Source: an uncultured Pseudomonadota bacterium
GTDB lineage: Bacteria; Pseudomonadota; Gammaproteobacteria; Burkholderiales; SG8-39
Length of the DNA stretch: 64,000 bases
Direction of reading: 5' to 3'
NCBI GenBank assembly: GCA_903834835.1
Contig: CAILKO010000035.1
Location: forward strand, 122,539 to 186,538
Below are positions 30,077 to 40,786 of the stretch, piece after piece. Under the pieces are notes generated by a model. It did no database searches and was not told the origin of the DNA. It worked only from the letters and a program-made list of their open reading frames with translations. The position numbers and the translations under genes are program-made. Every line of letters starts with the position of its first letter. Within the stretch, counting starts at the first letter, position 1.

Positions 30077-31015
30077 GTGATCGTGAGCGCGAACGCCACC
30101 GCTACAGGTAACGTCAGTGCGCGTCTCGCGCGACGCGGCAGCCGGCATATCATGGAGCGCCTCATCGAGGCAGTCCTGTTTGCCGCTGCCGCGGTTTCCG
30201 TTTTCACCACCCTCGGAATCGTCTACATCCTAGTTTCCGAGTCGGTAGAGTTCTTCAAGCAGGTTCCGATACTCGATTTTCTTACCGACACCCAGTGGAC
30301 GCCGCTCTTCAGCGACCCCCACTTCGGCATCATGGTCCTGCTTTCCGGGACGGCGGTAACTTCGTTGATCGCGCTTGCCGTCGCGATTCCGCTCGGTACG
30401 ACGATCGCCATCTATCTTTCGGAGTTCGCGACGCCGCGCACGCGCGAATTTACCAAGCCCGTTCTTGAACTGCTGTCCGGCATTCCTACGGTTGTGTTCG
30501 GCTACTTTGCCCTAAATTTCGTTACCCCGCTGCTCCAGCAGTTTGTGCCCGGGCTGCCGGGGTTCAACATGCTCTCGGCGAGCATCGTCATGGGCATCAT
30601 GATCACGCCCATCATCAGTTCTATTTCCGAGGACGCCATGCGCGCCGTACCGATGGCCTTGCGCGAAGGCTCCTACGCAATGGGTGCGACGCGCCTGCAA
30701 ACCGCGCTTCACGTGGTTGTCCCCGCAGCAATATCCGGCATCGCGGCGGCATATATCCTCGGTATTGCGCGCGCGGTCGGCGAGACCATGATCCTCGCAA
30801 TTGCCGCTGGCATGCAGCCCAACCTTACCTGGGATCCACGAGAACCGGCCGCCACGATTACCGCGTTCATCGTACAGGTAGCCCTCGGCGACCTGCCGCA
30901 CGGCTCCGTTGGCTACCTGACAATTTTCGCCGCAGGCCTGACCCTCATGCTGTTTACGCTCATATTCAACATTCTGGGCTTCTGGCTGCAGCGCAAATTC
31001 CGGGAGCGTTACTGA
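30077..31015 (+). CDS. pstC: Phosphate ABC permease
   Basis: LELLSGIPTVVFG, RAVGETM; start approximate. Confidence 0.95.
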   Translation: MIVSANATATGNVSARLARRGSRHIMERLIEAVLFAAAAVSVFTTLGIVYILVSESVEFFKQVPILDFLTDTQWTPLFSDPHFGIMVLLSGTAVTSLIALAVAIPLGTTIAIYLSEFATPRTREFTKPVLELLSGIPTVVFGYFALNFVTPLLQQFVPGLPGFNMLSASIVMGIMITPIISSISEDAMRAVPMALREGSYAMGATRLQTALHVVVPAAISGIAAAYILGIARAVGETMILAIAAGMQPNLTWDPREPAATITAFIVQVALGDLPHGSVGYLTIFAAGLTLMLFTLIFNILGFWLQRKFRERY

Positions 31016-31016
31016 C

Positions 31017-31952
31017 ATGCCAGCCGATACGATTTCCAACGACGTCGGGTTGATACGGGCCGGCATCGCCTACAGGAAGCGCCTCGATCTGCTATTCGGT
31101 CTGCTCGGCATTGCCGCACTTGCGCTAGGCATGCTCACCATCGCGGCCCTGTTCACCGACATGATGATTGACGGCTGGCAGCGCCTCCGGCCCGAATTCT
31201 TTACGAACTTCCCCTCCCGACGCGCTGCCGGGGCCGGAATACTTTCCGCCTGGGTCGGTAGTCTGCTTGTGATGGTCGTCACGGCGGCGATGGCCGTCCC
31301 GCTCGGCGTGGCGGCCGGAATCTGGCTGGAGGAATACGCACCGAAGCACTGGATCACCGATGTCGTGGAAATCAACATCAACAACCTGGCGGGCGTCCCC
31401 TCCATCATCTACGGCCTCTTGGCGCTTGGCCTGTTCGTCTACACCTTTCACCTGGGACAGACCATACGCACAGCCGGGCTCACCCTGGCGCTACTGATCC
31501 TGCCTATGGTGATCGTAGCGACTCGCGAAGCAATCCGGTCCATCCCGCAGATGATTCGCGAGGGCGCATACGCGCTCGGCGCGACGAAGTGGCAGACTGT
31601 GCAGCATCACATCCTCCCGTATTCCATGCCCGGAATACTGACAGGCGTCATCATCGGCATGGCTCGCGCAATCGGTGAAACGGCGCCCATTGTTACGATT
31701 GGCGCACTTACTTTCATCGCTTTCCTTCCCCCCGCGCCGATTTCCGAAACATTGCCCTACATCAACTTCGAATGGCTGAAAGCGCCGTTCACCGTAATGC
31801 CCATACAGATATTCAGCTGGACTTCCCGCCCCGAGGCAGCTTTCCAGCAGAACGCGGCCGCAGCCGGCGCAGTGCTGGTCGCCATGACCTTGGCGATGAA
31901 CGGCCTCGCAATCTGGCTCCGCTACCGCCTGCGCAAGAACATCAACTGGTGA
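31017..31952 (+). CDS. pstA: Phosphate ABC permease
   Basis: [30 protein letters not shown]. Confidence 0.95.
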   Translation: MPADTISNDVGLIRAGIAYRKRLDLLFGLLGIAALALGMLTIAALFTDMMIDGWQRLRPEFFTNFPSRRAAGAGILSAWVGSLLVMVVTAAMAVPLGVAAGIWLEEYAPKHWITDVVEININNLAGVPSIIYGLLALGLFVYTFHLGQTIRTAGLTLALLILPMVIVATREAIRSIPQMIREGAYALGATKWQTVQHHILPYSMPGILTGVIIGMARAIGETAPIVTIGALTFIAFLPPAPISETLPYINFEWLKAPFTVMPIQIFSWTSRPEAAFQQNAAAAGAVLVAMTLAMNGLAIWLRYRLRKNINW

Positions 31953-31959
31953 CCCGACC

Positions 31960-32766
31960 ATGACCGATCTTTCTCCAGAAATCTCTGCTCCCGCGACTGC
32001 CGTGATACCAATGAAAGCGGAGGTGCGGAACTTCAACTTTTATTATGGCGACTTCCATGCCCTGAAAGACGTTGCGATGCCGCTCTATGACCGCAAGGTC
32101 ACGGCGCTGATCGGCCCTTCAGGCTGTGGCAAGAGCACCCTTTTGCGGTCCTTCAACCGCATGCACGATCTCTATGCAGGCACCCGCTACGAGGGAGAGA
32201 TCGTTCTGCACCCGGACGAGACCAATCTGCTCGACCCGCGCGTAGACCCGATCGAAGTCCGCATGCGGCTTTCCATGGTTTTCCAGAAGCCGAATCCATT
32301 CCCGAAATCGATTTACGAGAATGTTGCCTATGGTCTGAAAGTACGCGGCATCCGCAAACGCTCGATACTCGATGACAAGGTTGAGGAAGCGCTGACGAAC
32401 GCGGCTCTGTGGGGCGAGGTGAAGCACCGGCTGAACGACATGGCCTTCGCCCTCTCCGGTGGCCAGCAGCAGCGCATGTGCATTGCGCGGGCGCTTGCAA
32501 CCGATCCCGAGATTCTTCTGTTTGACGAACCGACCTCCGCGCTCGATCCGATCGCCACAGCGAGTATCGAGGAGCTGATCAACGAATTGAAGCAGAAGGT
32601 CACGATACTCATCGTTACGCACAATATGCAGCAGGCGGCTCGCGTCTCGGATTTCACCGCCTACATGTACCTGGGCAAGCTGATCGAGTTCGGCAAGACC
32701 GATGAGATTTTCATCAAACCGCGCGACAAGCGCACCGAAGACTACATCACCGGCCGATTTGGCTGA
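31960..32766 (+). CDS. pstB: Phosphate ABC ATPase
   Basis: [31 protein letters not shown]. Confidence 0.97.
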   Translation: MTDLSPEISAPATAVIPMKAEVRNFNFYYGDFHALKDVAMPLYDRKVTALIGPSGCGKSTLLRSFNRMHDLYAGTRYEGEIVLHPDETNLLDPRVDPIEVRMRLSMVFQKPNPFPKSIYENVAYGLKVRGIRKRSILDDKVEEALTNAALWGEVKHRLNDMAFALSGGQQQRMCIARALATDPEILLFDEPTSALDPIATASIEELINELKQKVTILIVTHNMQQAARVSDFTAYMYLGKLIEFGKTDEIFIKPRDKRTEDYITGRFG

Positions 32767-32786
32767 TTAGCGCGAACGAGGCCGAT

Positions 32787-33494
32787 ATGAACGAACACCT
32801 GTCCAGACAATTCGATACGGAACTCGACGAGATTCGGGCGCGCGTAACGCGCATGGGGGGTATGGTCGAGGAGCAGGTCCGGGCAGCCATGTCCGCATTT
32901 GCGGACGGCAACAGCGAACCCCTCGAAATGATTATCGCGCGGGACGCCGGCGTAGACGAAATGGAAATGTCGATCGACGCGGCCTGCATGAACGTGATCG
33001 CGCGGCGCCAGCCCACTGCGGTCGACCTGCGCATGGTCATGGCCGTCGGGAAAGTCGTCACTGACCTCGAACGGATCGGCGATGAGGCGAAGAAGATCGC
33101 CCGGGCGACGCGCAAGATACTGGAGCGTGGGCCCGCCGCGCATCTTGCCCAGGTTCTGGATGTGAAGCACACCGGCGAACAGGTCGCCGCGATGTTGAAC
33201 GAAGTTCTGGATGCCTTCGTTCGGCTGGACGTGGAGGCTGCGGCACGCACGGTGCGCCGCGATACGGAAATTGACCAGCACTTCGAGGCCATCGCGCGAC
33301 AGCTGATCACTTACATGATGGAAGACCCGCGCACCATCAGCAACGCGCTCGACATCGTCTTCATTGCAAAGTCTCTGGAGCGGATTGGCGATCACTGCAC
33401 GAATATCGCAGAAGACGTTGTCTACATTGCAAAGGGCCGCGACGTGCGGCATATCGGCATCGAGGGGCTGGAGCGGGAAGTCCAGAGGGGATGA
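32787..33494 (+). CDS. phoU: Phosphate signalling protein PhoU
   Basis: RQPTAVDLR, two LERIGD motifs. Confidence 0.97.
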   Translation: MNEHLSRQFDTELDEIRARVTRMGGMVEEQVRAAMSAFADGNSEPLEMIIARDAGVDEMEMSIDAACMNVIARRQPTAVDLRMVMAVGKVVTDLERIGDEAKKIARATRKILERGPAAHLAQVLDVKHTGEQVAAMLNEVLDAFVRLDVEAAARTVRRDTEIDQHFEAIARQLITYMMEDPRTISNALDIVFIAKSLERIGDHCTNIAEDVVYIAKGRDVRHIGIEGLEREVQRG

Positions 33495-34186
33495 GTCGGC
33501 CGTCCAGCGTCCTGGTAGTGGAGGACGATCCCGCGATTCAGGAGTTGTTGCGGTACGCGCTAACGCAGGCGAACTTCGATGTGTGCATTGCCTCGACCGC
33601 CGAACTGGGCTTCGCGGAGATTCGCCGTGAGCTGCCGGCGGTAGTTCTTTTGGACCTGATGCTTCCGGGCATGTCGGGCGTGTCGCTCGCAAGGCAACTT
33701 CGCTCGGACCCGCGAACCCGTACACTTCCCATCATCATGGTGACTGCCAAGGCGGAGGAAGTCGACCGCGTCCAGGGTCTTGAGCTCGGCGCGGACGACT
33801 ACGTCACCAAACCCTTTTCGCCAAGGGAGCTTGTTGCCAGAATACGGGCCGTTTTGCGCAGGCGCGCCCCCCATCTCGCCGGCGAGAGCATCGAGATCGG
33901 CCCGATCCGCCTGGATCCGCTCGCGCACGAGGTAAGCGTCGGGGGCACCCAGGTTAACCTCGGCCCCACGGAATTCGATTTGCTGCTCTACCTGATGAAT
34001 CACCCGGACCGCGCCTTCACACGAGACCAGCTGCTGAACGTATTGCGCGGCGACCATCGCTACCTCGCTGATCGCACGATCGACGTCTATGTGCGGCGCC
34101 TGCGTGCCGGGCTCGGGCCCATAGGCGATTCCATGATCGAAACGATCCGCGGCACAGGCTACAAGCTCAAAAGCCGTCAGCAATGA
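33491..34186 (+). CDS. phoB: Response regulator PhoB
   Basis: VEDD, LLDLMLP, GADDYVTKPF, GPTEF, IETIRGTGY; operon context. Confidence 0.9.
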   Translation: MSRPSSVLVVEDDPAIQELLRYALTQANFDVCIASTAELGFAEIRRELPAVVLLDLMLPGMSGVSLARQLRSDPRTRTLPIIMVTAKAEEVDRVQGLELGADDYVTKPFSPRELVARIRAVLRRRAPHLAGESIEIGPIRLDPLAHEVSVGGTQVNLGPTEFDLLLYLMNHPDRAFTRDQLLNVLRGDHRYLADRTIDVYVRRLRAGLGPIGDSMIETIRGTGYKLKSRQQ

Positions 34187-35433
34187 GCGGCATCGCGGGC
34201 CTGGCCCTTGTCTGGGCGCTATCTGCCCTTGCCATTCTGCTGGCAGTGTTGCTCGCCATACAGGCACGCGAGCGCAGAGAATTGCGCGATTGGCTCGCCC
34301 ATCCTTCCGGCCGCGACATACCTGATGGTAGCGGCGCGTGGCAGGAAATCTACTCTTTGCTGCAACGCTGGCGCAAGGAAGATCTCCGGGAGCGAAATGC
34401 GCTCACCAACTCTCTCGAACACTTCCGCCTGGCCGCACAGGCTCTGCCGGACGGTGTGGTCCTGCTCGACGATCAGGGCCGCATCGAGTGGCTCAACACA
34501 GCTGCCTGCGAACAGTTCGCCCTCGACATCAGTCGAGATATCGGGATTCTGATCGGGCAATTGATCAGGCAACGCGAATTCCATGAGTACCTGACTGCCT
34601 TTCAGCAGGACGCCAAGGCTGCCGAGTCGATTCAGCTGCGGTTTTCCGGGACCGGCGCGGAGCGCGTGTTCTCGCTGATGCTTCTTCCGTTCTCCGACTC
34701 GGGAATTCTGCTGCTTTCACGCGATATCACAGCGATGATGAAGACTGACATCATTCGTCGCGATTTCGTGGCGAACGTATCCCACGAACTGCGCACACCG
34801 CTCACGGTCATTTGCGGCTTCCTGGAGCAATTCGCCTCCGATACGCCGCCAACCGGTGAGATGGCCCGGCGATTCCTGCAACTGATGACGGAGCAGGCAA
34901 CCCGCATGAACCGCCTCGTCTCCGATCTTCTCACTCTGTCCAGACTCGAGAACGACAGCCAACCTCCGCGCGACGAGACGATCGACATGCCCGCCTTGAT
35001 CGATAACATCCTTGCCGAGGCAAAGGCATTGTCGAACGGGCGACACAGGCTGGATTCGGGCGAGATCTCCACGGTGAAACTGCGAGGGAACATGGAAGAG
35101 ATCCGCAGTGCCGTGAGCAACCTTGTGTCAAATGCGGTGCGTTACACCCCGGAGGGAGGAACCGTAACGATAACCTGGCGCGATGAGGGCGGACGATCCG
35201 TTTTCGCGGTCCGGGACACTGGAATCGGCATCCAGAAAGAGCATCTTCCGCGCCTTACCGAGCGTTTCTACCGAGTCGACAAGGGGCGTTCTACGGCAAC
35301 TGGTGGTACCGGACTAGGCCTCGCCATCGTCAAGCATGTCGTGGTTCGCCACGGCGGGTCGCTTAAGATCGACTCGGAGATCGGCAAAGGCAGCGTTTTC
35401 TCCGCAAGCTTCCCCGCGGACCGTCAGGCCTAG
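34183..35433 (+). CDS. phoR: Sensor kinase PhoR
   Basis: PAS domain, FVANVSHELRTPL, RLTERFYRVD, GGTGLGL. Confidence 0.93.
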   Translation: MSGIAGLALVWALSALAILLAVLLAIQARERRELRDWLAHPSGRDIPDGSGAWQEIYSLLQRWRKEDLRERNALTNSLEHFRLAAQALPDGVVLLDDQGRIEWLNTAACEQFALDISRDIGILIGQLIRQREFHEYLTAFQQDAKAAESIQLRFSGTGAERVFSLMLLPFSDSGILLLSRDITAMMKTDIIRRDFVANVSHELRTPLTVICGFLEQFASDTPPTGEMARRFLQLMTEQATRMNRLVSDLLTLSRLENDSQPPRDETIDMPALIDNILAEAKALSNGRHRLDSGEISTVKLRGNMEEIRSAVSNLVSNAVRYTPEGGTVTITWRDEGGRSVFAVRDTGIGIQKEHLPRLTERFYRVDKGRSTATGGTGLGLAIVKHVVVRHGGSLKIDSEIGKGSVFSASFPADRQA

Positions 35434-35473
35434 GCCGGTCGATTCTCCTGCCGCCAAGCTCGCGCCCGCGAGC

Positions 35474-36568
35474 TCAGACGTTGAACCGGAAGTGCATTAC
35501 GTCCCCATCCCTGACGACGTATTCCTTTCCTTCTACCCTCATCTTCCCCACTTCCTTCGCCCCCTGCTCGCCCTTGCAGGCAACGAAGTCCTCATAGGCG
35601 ATAACCTCGGCACGTATGAAGCCCTTCTCAAAGTCCGTATGGATCACGCCCGCTGCCTGGGGTGCAGTAGCGCCTACGGGGACCGTCCAGGCACGTACCT
35701 CCTTCGGCCCGGCCGTGAAGTACGTCTGCAGCCCGAGCAAGGTATAGCCTGCACGGATCACGCGATTCAGGCCCGGCTCGTCCATACCCATGTCGGCAAG
35801 AAACATGGCCTTGTCTTCGTCCGGCATGTCCGCAATCTGGGCTTCAAGCGCGGCGCAGAGTGCGACCACCGGCGCGCCTTCACGCGTGGCGTACTCTTGC
35901 ACAGCAGCAAGGTACGGGTTCTCCTCCGCCCTCTGATCGGCAATGTTCGCGATATAGAGGGTCGGCTTCATGGTGAGCAGGAAAAGTGGCCGCAGAACCT
36001 CCAGCTCTTCCTTCGAGAGATCTAGCATACGGGCCGGGCGACCTTGATCCAGGACCTTGAGTACCTTGTCGAGGACCAGCACCAGGCGGGCAGCCTCCTT
36101 GTCACCACCCGATTTCGCGAGCTTCGTGCTCTTGGAAAGCTGTTTCTCCACCGTCTGCAGGTCGGCGAGCGCCAACTCGGTGTTGATCGTTTCTATGTCT
36201 GCTATCGGGTCCACCTTGCCCGCCACATGGATGACGTTCGGATCCGCAAAGCACCGGACCACGTGCGCGATCGCATCCGTCTCTCTGATGTTGGCGAGAA
36301 ACTGATTGCCCAGACCTTCGCCCTTCGAAGCGCCCGCGACGAGGCCTGCAATATCCACGAACTCCACCACCGCGGGCAGGAGCTTCTGCGGCTTCTCAAT
36401 GCTGGCTAACGCGCCCAACCTTGAATCCGGCACTTCCACGATACCGACGTTCGGCTCGATGGTGCAGAATGGATAGTTCTCTGCTGCGATCGCCGACTTC
36501 GTCAGCGCGTTGAACAGGGTTGACTTGCCCACGTTCGGCAGTCCGACAATACCGCATTTCAGTCCCAT
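35474..36568 (-). CDS. ychF: ATPase YchF
   Basis: [32 protein letters not shown]. Confidence 0.98.
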   Translation of the reverse strand: MGLKCGIVGLPNVGKSTLFNALTKSAIAAENYPFCTIEPNVGIVEVPDSRLGALASIEKPQKLLPAVVEFVDIAGLVAGASKGEGLGNQFLANIRETDAIAHVVRCFADPNVIHVAGKVDPIADIETINTELALADLQTVEKQLSKSTKLAKSGGDKEAARLVLVLDKVLKVLDQGRPARMLDLSKEELEVLRPLFLLTMKPTLYIANIADQRAEENPYLAAVQEYATREGAPVVALCAALEAQIADMPDEDKAMFLADMGMDEPGLNRVIRAGYTLLGLQTYFTAGPKEVRAWTVPVGATAPQAAGVIHTDFEKGFIRAEVIAYEDFVACKGEQGAKEVGKMRVEGKEYVVRDGDVMHFRFNV

Positions 36569-36638
36569 GAATTTGTGCCTCGATGCACAGATGCGGCAAC
36601 AGCCGCAGTGCGCGTTGCATGCAATAAAGGATGAATCA

Positions 36639-37208
36639 CTACCGGGTGTGCAACTTCAACATCGCACCCTGAAGGTCGCCGGATAGACAGAGCGGCAGCA
36701 CATCCAGCGTGCGCCCGATCGCTCCGTCAATCAGGTCACGGTCGGCCAACGACGGCTTGTGAAGCACGTAGTCCGCTACGAGATCGCGATCGCCTGGATG
36801 ACCGATTCCAAAGCGCAATCTCCAGAAATCCCGTGAGCCAATGCGCGCACCGATGTCTTTGAGTCCGTTGTGTCCGCCTACGCCACCGCCCTGCTTCAGT
36901 TTGGCGACGCCCGGCTGAAAGTCCAGATCATCGTGTGCAACCAGAATTTCTTCTGGTGAGATGCGGAAGAACCCCGCGAGCAGGCTGACAGATCGTCCAC
37001 TCAGATTCATGTACGTCTGCGGCATGAGAAGCCAGGTACCACTCGCCTCATGCCGGCCGAAATAGGCCTGGTACTTGGCATCCTTGCGCAGCGCAATGCC
37101 CTCGCGCGCGGCGAAGCGCTCGACCAGCCAGAAGCCGGCATTGTGACGCGTCGCCTCGTACTCCTTGCCGGGATTACCCAGCCCGACGAGCAAGCGGATG
37201 CCTGGCAT
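36639..37208 (-). CDS. pth: Peptidyl-tRNA hydrolase
   Basis: GLGNPG, TRHNAGF, GGHNGL. Confidence 0.98.
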   Translation of the reverse strand: MPGIRLLVGLGNPGKEYEATRHNAGFWLVERFAAREGIALRKDAKYQAYFGRHEASGTWLLMPQTYMNLSGRSVSLLAGFFRISPEEILVAHDDLDFQPGVAKLKQGGGVGGHNGLKDIGARIGSRDFWRLRFGIGHPGDRDLVADYVLHKPSLADRDLIDGAIGRTLDVLPLCLSGDLQGAMLKLHTR

Positions 37209-37258
37209 GGCGATTCAGGGTCGTGTGAGGAAAGAGAGTGAACCGGCTTCAGGGCCGG

Positions 37259-37294
37259 AAAACCAAAAGGCGGGCACACAGGTGCGCCCGCCTC
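37259..37294 (-). terminator. Terminator after rplY
   Basis: AGGCGGGCGCAC-CT-GTGTGCCCGCCT followed by TTTGGTTTT. Confidence 0.7.
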
Positions 37295-37299
37295 CGGGA

Positions 37300-37977
37300 T
37301 TACTTCTTGTCCTTCGCGTCCTTCTTGTCGTCTCCAGCCTTGTCCGCCGCAGCCTGGGCCGTTGCTGGGACTTCGCCTGCGGGCGCTGCGACGTTCTCAT
37401 CTTCAGCAACGACTGCCGGAAGCACGATCGCACAGACCACCGGGTTCTCCGCACGATGCAGGACCGCCTCGACGCCCTTGGGCAGAACGATATCCTTCAC
37501 GTGGATCGAATCGCCCACTGACATGGCACCGAGGTCGACCTCGATGAACTCGGGAAGATCGTCCGGAAAGCAGGTGATATTCAACTCGTTCAGCACGTGA
37601 CTGACAACGCCACCCTGCGTTTTGACGCCCGGCGCAGTATCCGTGTTCACGAAGTGGAGAGGCACCTTCATGTGGATCTTCTTGTCCTTCGACACGCGCT
37701 GGAAGTCCACATGCTGGACCTGTGACTTGAAGGGATGCATGTTGAACGAGCGAAGAAGCACCTGTTCGCGATTACCATCAAGGACCAAGTCGAGAATCGA
37801 GGCGTGGAAGGCCTCCTTCATCAGATTCTGGTGCAGATCCTTGTGATTCAGAACCACGGCCGTCGGCTCGCGATCACCTCCATAGACGATGCCGGGCACC
37901 TTGCCCGTACGGCGCAGACGGCGGCTCGCACCCGTTCCTTGCGCTGCGCGCATTTCCGCGCTGATTTCGATTTTCAT
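37300..37977 (-). CDS. rplY: 50S ribosomal protein L25/Ctc
   Basis: GTGASRRLR, VPGIVYG, HVDFQRV, long Ctc form; AAGGAG SD. Confidence 0.97.
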   Translation of the reverse strand: MKIEISAEMRAAQGTGASRRLRRTGKVPGIVYGGDREPTAVVLNHKDLHQNLMKEAFHASILDLVLDGNREQVLLRSFNMHPFKSQVQHVDFQRVSKDKKIHMKVPLHFVNTDTAPGVKTQGGVVSHVLNELNITCFPDDLPEFIEVDLGAMSVGDSIHVKDIVLPKGVEAVLHRAENPVVCAIVLPAVVAEDENVAAPAGEVPATAQAAADKAGDDKKDAKDKK

Positions 37978-38091
37978 GATGAGACTCCTTGTGTGATCCG
38001 CCGGATCCGCGACCAGACACCGGCGGGACTTCAAAAGGACGCGCCCGGCGGGCGCATCCAGAAACTGAGCAGCTGCTTCGCAGCCGCAGCG

Positions 38092-39078
38092 CTACTCGAT
38101 GAAAAGCGAACTGACAGACTCCTCATTGAAGATGCGCAGGATAGTTTCCGCGAGCAATCCGGCAACGGACAGCTGACGGATCTTCCCGCAAGCGCGAGCG
38201 TCACTCGAGAGCGGAATCGTGTCAGTTACTACGAGCTCATCAATGTCAGAGCCGCGGATACGCTCTACTGCGGGACCGGAAAGAACCGGATGGGTACAGT
38301 AGGCCACTACCTTCTTCGCACCCTCGCTCTTCAGTACCTGTGCCGCCTTCACAAGGGTACCTGCAGTATCCACCATGTCGTCCATGATGACGCAAGTACG
38401 GCCGTCGACCTCACCGATGATATTCATCACCTCGGATACGTTCGCCCTCGGACGACGCTTGTCGATGATTGCAAGGTCCGATTCGAGCCGCTTGGCCAGG
38501 GCGCGTGCGCGCACCACGCCGCCGACATCCGGCGAAACCACGATGACATCTTCATAGCGCTGCTTCCAGACGTCCCCGAGCAGCACCGGCGCGGCGTAGA
38601 TATTGTCCACCGGAATATCGAAAAAGCCCTGAATCTGATCCGCATGCAGGTCCATCGTTAGAACGCGTGAGACACCAACCGACGTCAGCATGTTGGCTAC
38701 AACCTTGGCACTGATTGCCACACGCGCCGAACGCGGACGCCGATCCTGGCGGGCGTACCCAAAATACGGGATCGCCGCGGTGACGCGCGCCGCTGAGGAG
38801 CGCTTCAAAGCGTCAACCATGATGAGCATTTCCATCAGGTTGTCATTGGTCGGCGCACAGGTCGACTGTAGGACGAACACGTCCTTCCCGCGCACGTTTT
38901 CGACGAGCTCCACCATCGACTCACCATCGGAAAATTTTCCGACAACAGCCCGCCCGAGGGAGATGTTCAGGTGCTTGACCACGTCCTGCGCAAGACGCGG
39001 ATTGGCGCTACCGGTGAATACCATCAGGCGTTCGAGCGGTATGTTGGTCAGCTGGTTCACGCTCTGCCTCGGTTCCAT
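38092..39078 (-). CDS. prs: Ribose-phosphate pyrophosphokinase
   Basis: [30 protein letters not shown]. Confidence 0.98.
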   Translation of the reverse strand: MEPRQSVNQLTNIPLERLMVFTGSANPRLAQDVVKHLNISLGRAVVGKFSDGESMVELVENVRGKDVFVLQSTCAPTNDNLMEMLIMVDALKRSSAARVTAAIPYFGYARQDRRPRSARVAISAKVVANMLTSVGVSRVLTMDLHADQIQGFFDIPVDNIYAAPVLLGDVWKQRYEDVIVVSPDVGGVVRARALAKRLESDLAIIDKRRPRANVSEVMNIIGEVDGRTCVIMDDMVDTAGTLVKAAQVLKSEGAKKVVAYCTHPVLSGPAVERIRGSDIDELVVTDTIPLSSDARACGKIRQLSVAGLLAETILRIFNEESVSSLFIE

Positions 39079-39131
39079 GCTACGGAGAAATCGCCAAAAA
39101 ACGGGTTCAACTACCCGATGTAACTACCTAA

Positions 39132-39208
39132 TGGCTGGGGTGCTAGGATTCGAACCTAGGAATGCCGGAATCAAAATCCGGTGCCTTAACCAACTTGGCG
39201 ACACCCCA
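39132..39208 (-). tRNA. tRNA-Gln (TTG)
   Basis: Reverse complement TGGGGTGTCGCCAAGTTGGTTAAGGCACCGGATTTTGATTCCGGCATTCCTAGGTTCGAATCCTAGCACCCCAGCCA; usual ispE-tRNA-prs position. Confidence 0.97.
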
Positions 39209-39250
39209 CCCGCGTCGCGCGGCCAATACACTCCGCCCGACGATTGCAAT

Positions 39251-40129
39251 CTAACCTGCAGCGCGTTGATTCTGCTCCGGCATCATAGCCTGCAACGGAT
39301 GCTCGTCCAGTCCGCGCGCCACAAAACCGTGCATGTCATGCGGAAGGCGCGCAACCACCGACCTCGCCTCCGTTTCACTTGCAAACCCGGCATACACACA
39401 GGCGCCGGAACCAGTCATTCGCGCGCCGGACACCTGCGATTTCAGCCAGAAAAGATGCCGAGCGACTTCCTCATACCGCCGCGTCACGACCGGCTCAAGA
39501 TCATTTCTTCCAGAGCCCGCGAAAAAGGGCGGTATTGTGAGAGCTTTCGTATCCCGTGTCAACGCGGGATCTGAGAAGATTTCCTTTGTCGAAACTGATA
39601 CTTGAGGCGTCAGCACCAGGTACCACTCCGGCGGCAGTTCAAGTACCTTCAGTCGCTCTCCGATGCCCTCACCGAGCGCGGGTCTGCCAAATACGAAGAA
39701 CGGCACGTCGGCACCGAGTCCGGCCGCGAGAGTAGCGAGTTCGCGCGCAGGCATGTCGAGCTCCCACAACCGGTTGAGTACGATCAGCACAGTTGCGGCA
39801 TCCGACGAGCCCCCGCCAAGTCCGCCGCCCACGGGCAGATTCTTCTCCAGCGCTATGTCGACGCCGCGCTCGTTCGCCCCCGGGATTTTCCGGGCATGCG
39901 CCCAGGCCTTGAGTGTGCGTGCGGCCCGCATGCAAAGGTCCTCGGCTTCGCTGACCCCGGGCAATTCGCGCACACGCCGAATCTCCCCTGACCGGTTCGC
40001 TTCAATCGCTACACGATCACAGCGATCGATCAGCCGGAACACGGTCTGCAACAGGTGATAGCCGTCGGCGCGCCGTCCGAGCACGTGCAGAAACAAATTC
40101 AACTTGGCGGGCGCGGGAAACTCTGTCAC
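39251..40129 (-). CDS. ispE: CDP-ME kinase
   Basis: PAPAKLNLFL, GGGLGGGSSDAA, GADVPFF, MTGSG; GTG start overlapping the lolB stop. Confidence 0.96.
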   Translation of the reverse strand: MTEFPAPAKLNLFLHVLGRRADGYHLLQTVFRLIDRCDRVAIEANRSGEIRRVRELPGVSEAEDLCMRAARTLKAWAHARKIPGANERGVDIALEKNLPVGGGLGGGSSDAATVLIVLNRLWELDMPARELATLAAGLGADVPFFVFGRPALGEGIGERLKVLELPPEWYLVLTPQVSVSTKEIFSDPALTRDTKALTIPPFFAGSGRNDLEPVVTRRYEEVARHLFWLKSQVSGARMTGSGACVYAGFASETEARSVVARLPHDMHGFVARGLDEHPLQAMMPEQNQRAAG

Positions 40130-40779
40130 GGCTGTCCCGACTTTCCGCCTCGCGCAAAGGCAGGCCGGGTCCGCCATTCGGAGATCGCAACACGAAGTTC
40201 CACGGACTTCATACCCTGCGCTGCGCCTGGGTCCTGCACGTCGGGGTAGAAGAGCCGCATCTGCGCGGGAAGGCTCACGCCAGGCATCTCGCTGGTGTAG
40301 GTCAGATAATCCACGCGCCACCCCCCCTGGAACAGACTCCGCGGGCGGCCCTCGGCATCGCGCTCTATGCGCGCTCGCGACGACGCGGGGCTCGCTCGCC
40401 CCAGCACCCAATCGGCAAACCCTTTCAGGGGCAGCCGGAAACCGAGCACCTCTTCCGTAAGCGCCTCGGCATCCCTCCCCTCGAAACGCCGACCGTCGGC
40501 CAACACAAGGGATACCGCCTGTGCATCGCGCGTAATTTCAGCCAGCCCCTGCCCGAGCGGTGTCGTGATGAGCATGTCATCGCGCGCCCCGCCATGACGC
40601 CAGGTAAGTGTGCCCGAACCGGCCTCGCCACCATAGATCATGCCGAGCCTAGCGACGAGCTCGAACTCGACATCTTCGCCTGGCAGAGGGTCCGGCAGGC
40701 GAGCACAGCCACAAAGTACGCAGAAAAGTGCGAAGACCCAGTAGCGCATCGACGCGCCGGCCGCCTCAAACGCGATCAT
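40126..40779 (-). CDS. lolB: Outer-membrane lipoprotein LolB
   Basis: Lipobox LCGC, TPLGQ, LPLKGFADWVLG, QGGWRVDY; TPR-lolB-ispE synteny. Confidence 0.88.
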   Translation of the reverse strand: MIAFEAAGASMRYWVFALFCVLCGCARLPDPLPGEDVEFELVARLGMIYGGEAGSGTLTWRHGGARDDMLITTPLGQGLAEITRDAQAVSLVLADGRRFEGRDAEALTEEVLGFRLPLKGFADWVLGRASPASSRARIERDAEGRPRSLFQGGWRVDYLTYTSEMPGVSLPAQMRLFYPDVQDPGAAQGMKSVELRVAISEWRTRPAFARGGKSGQP

Positions 40780-40786
40780 GCCAGCC

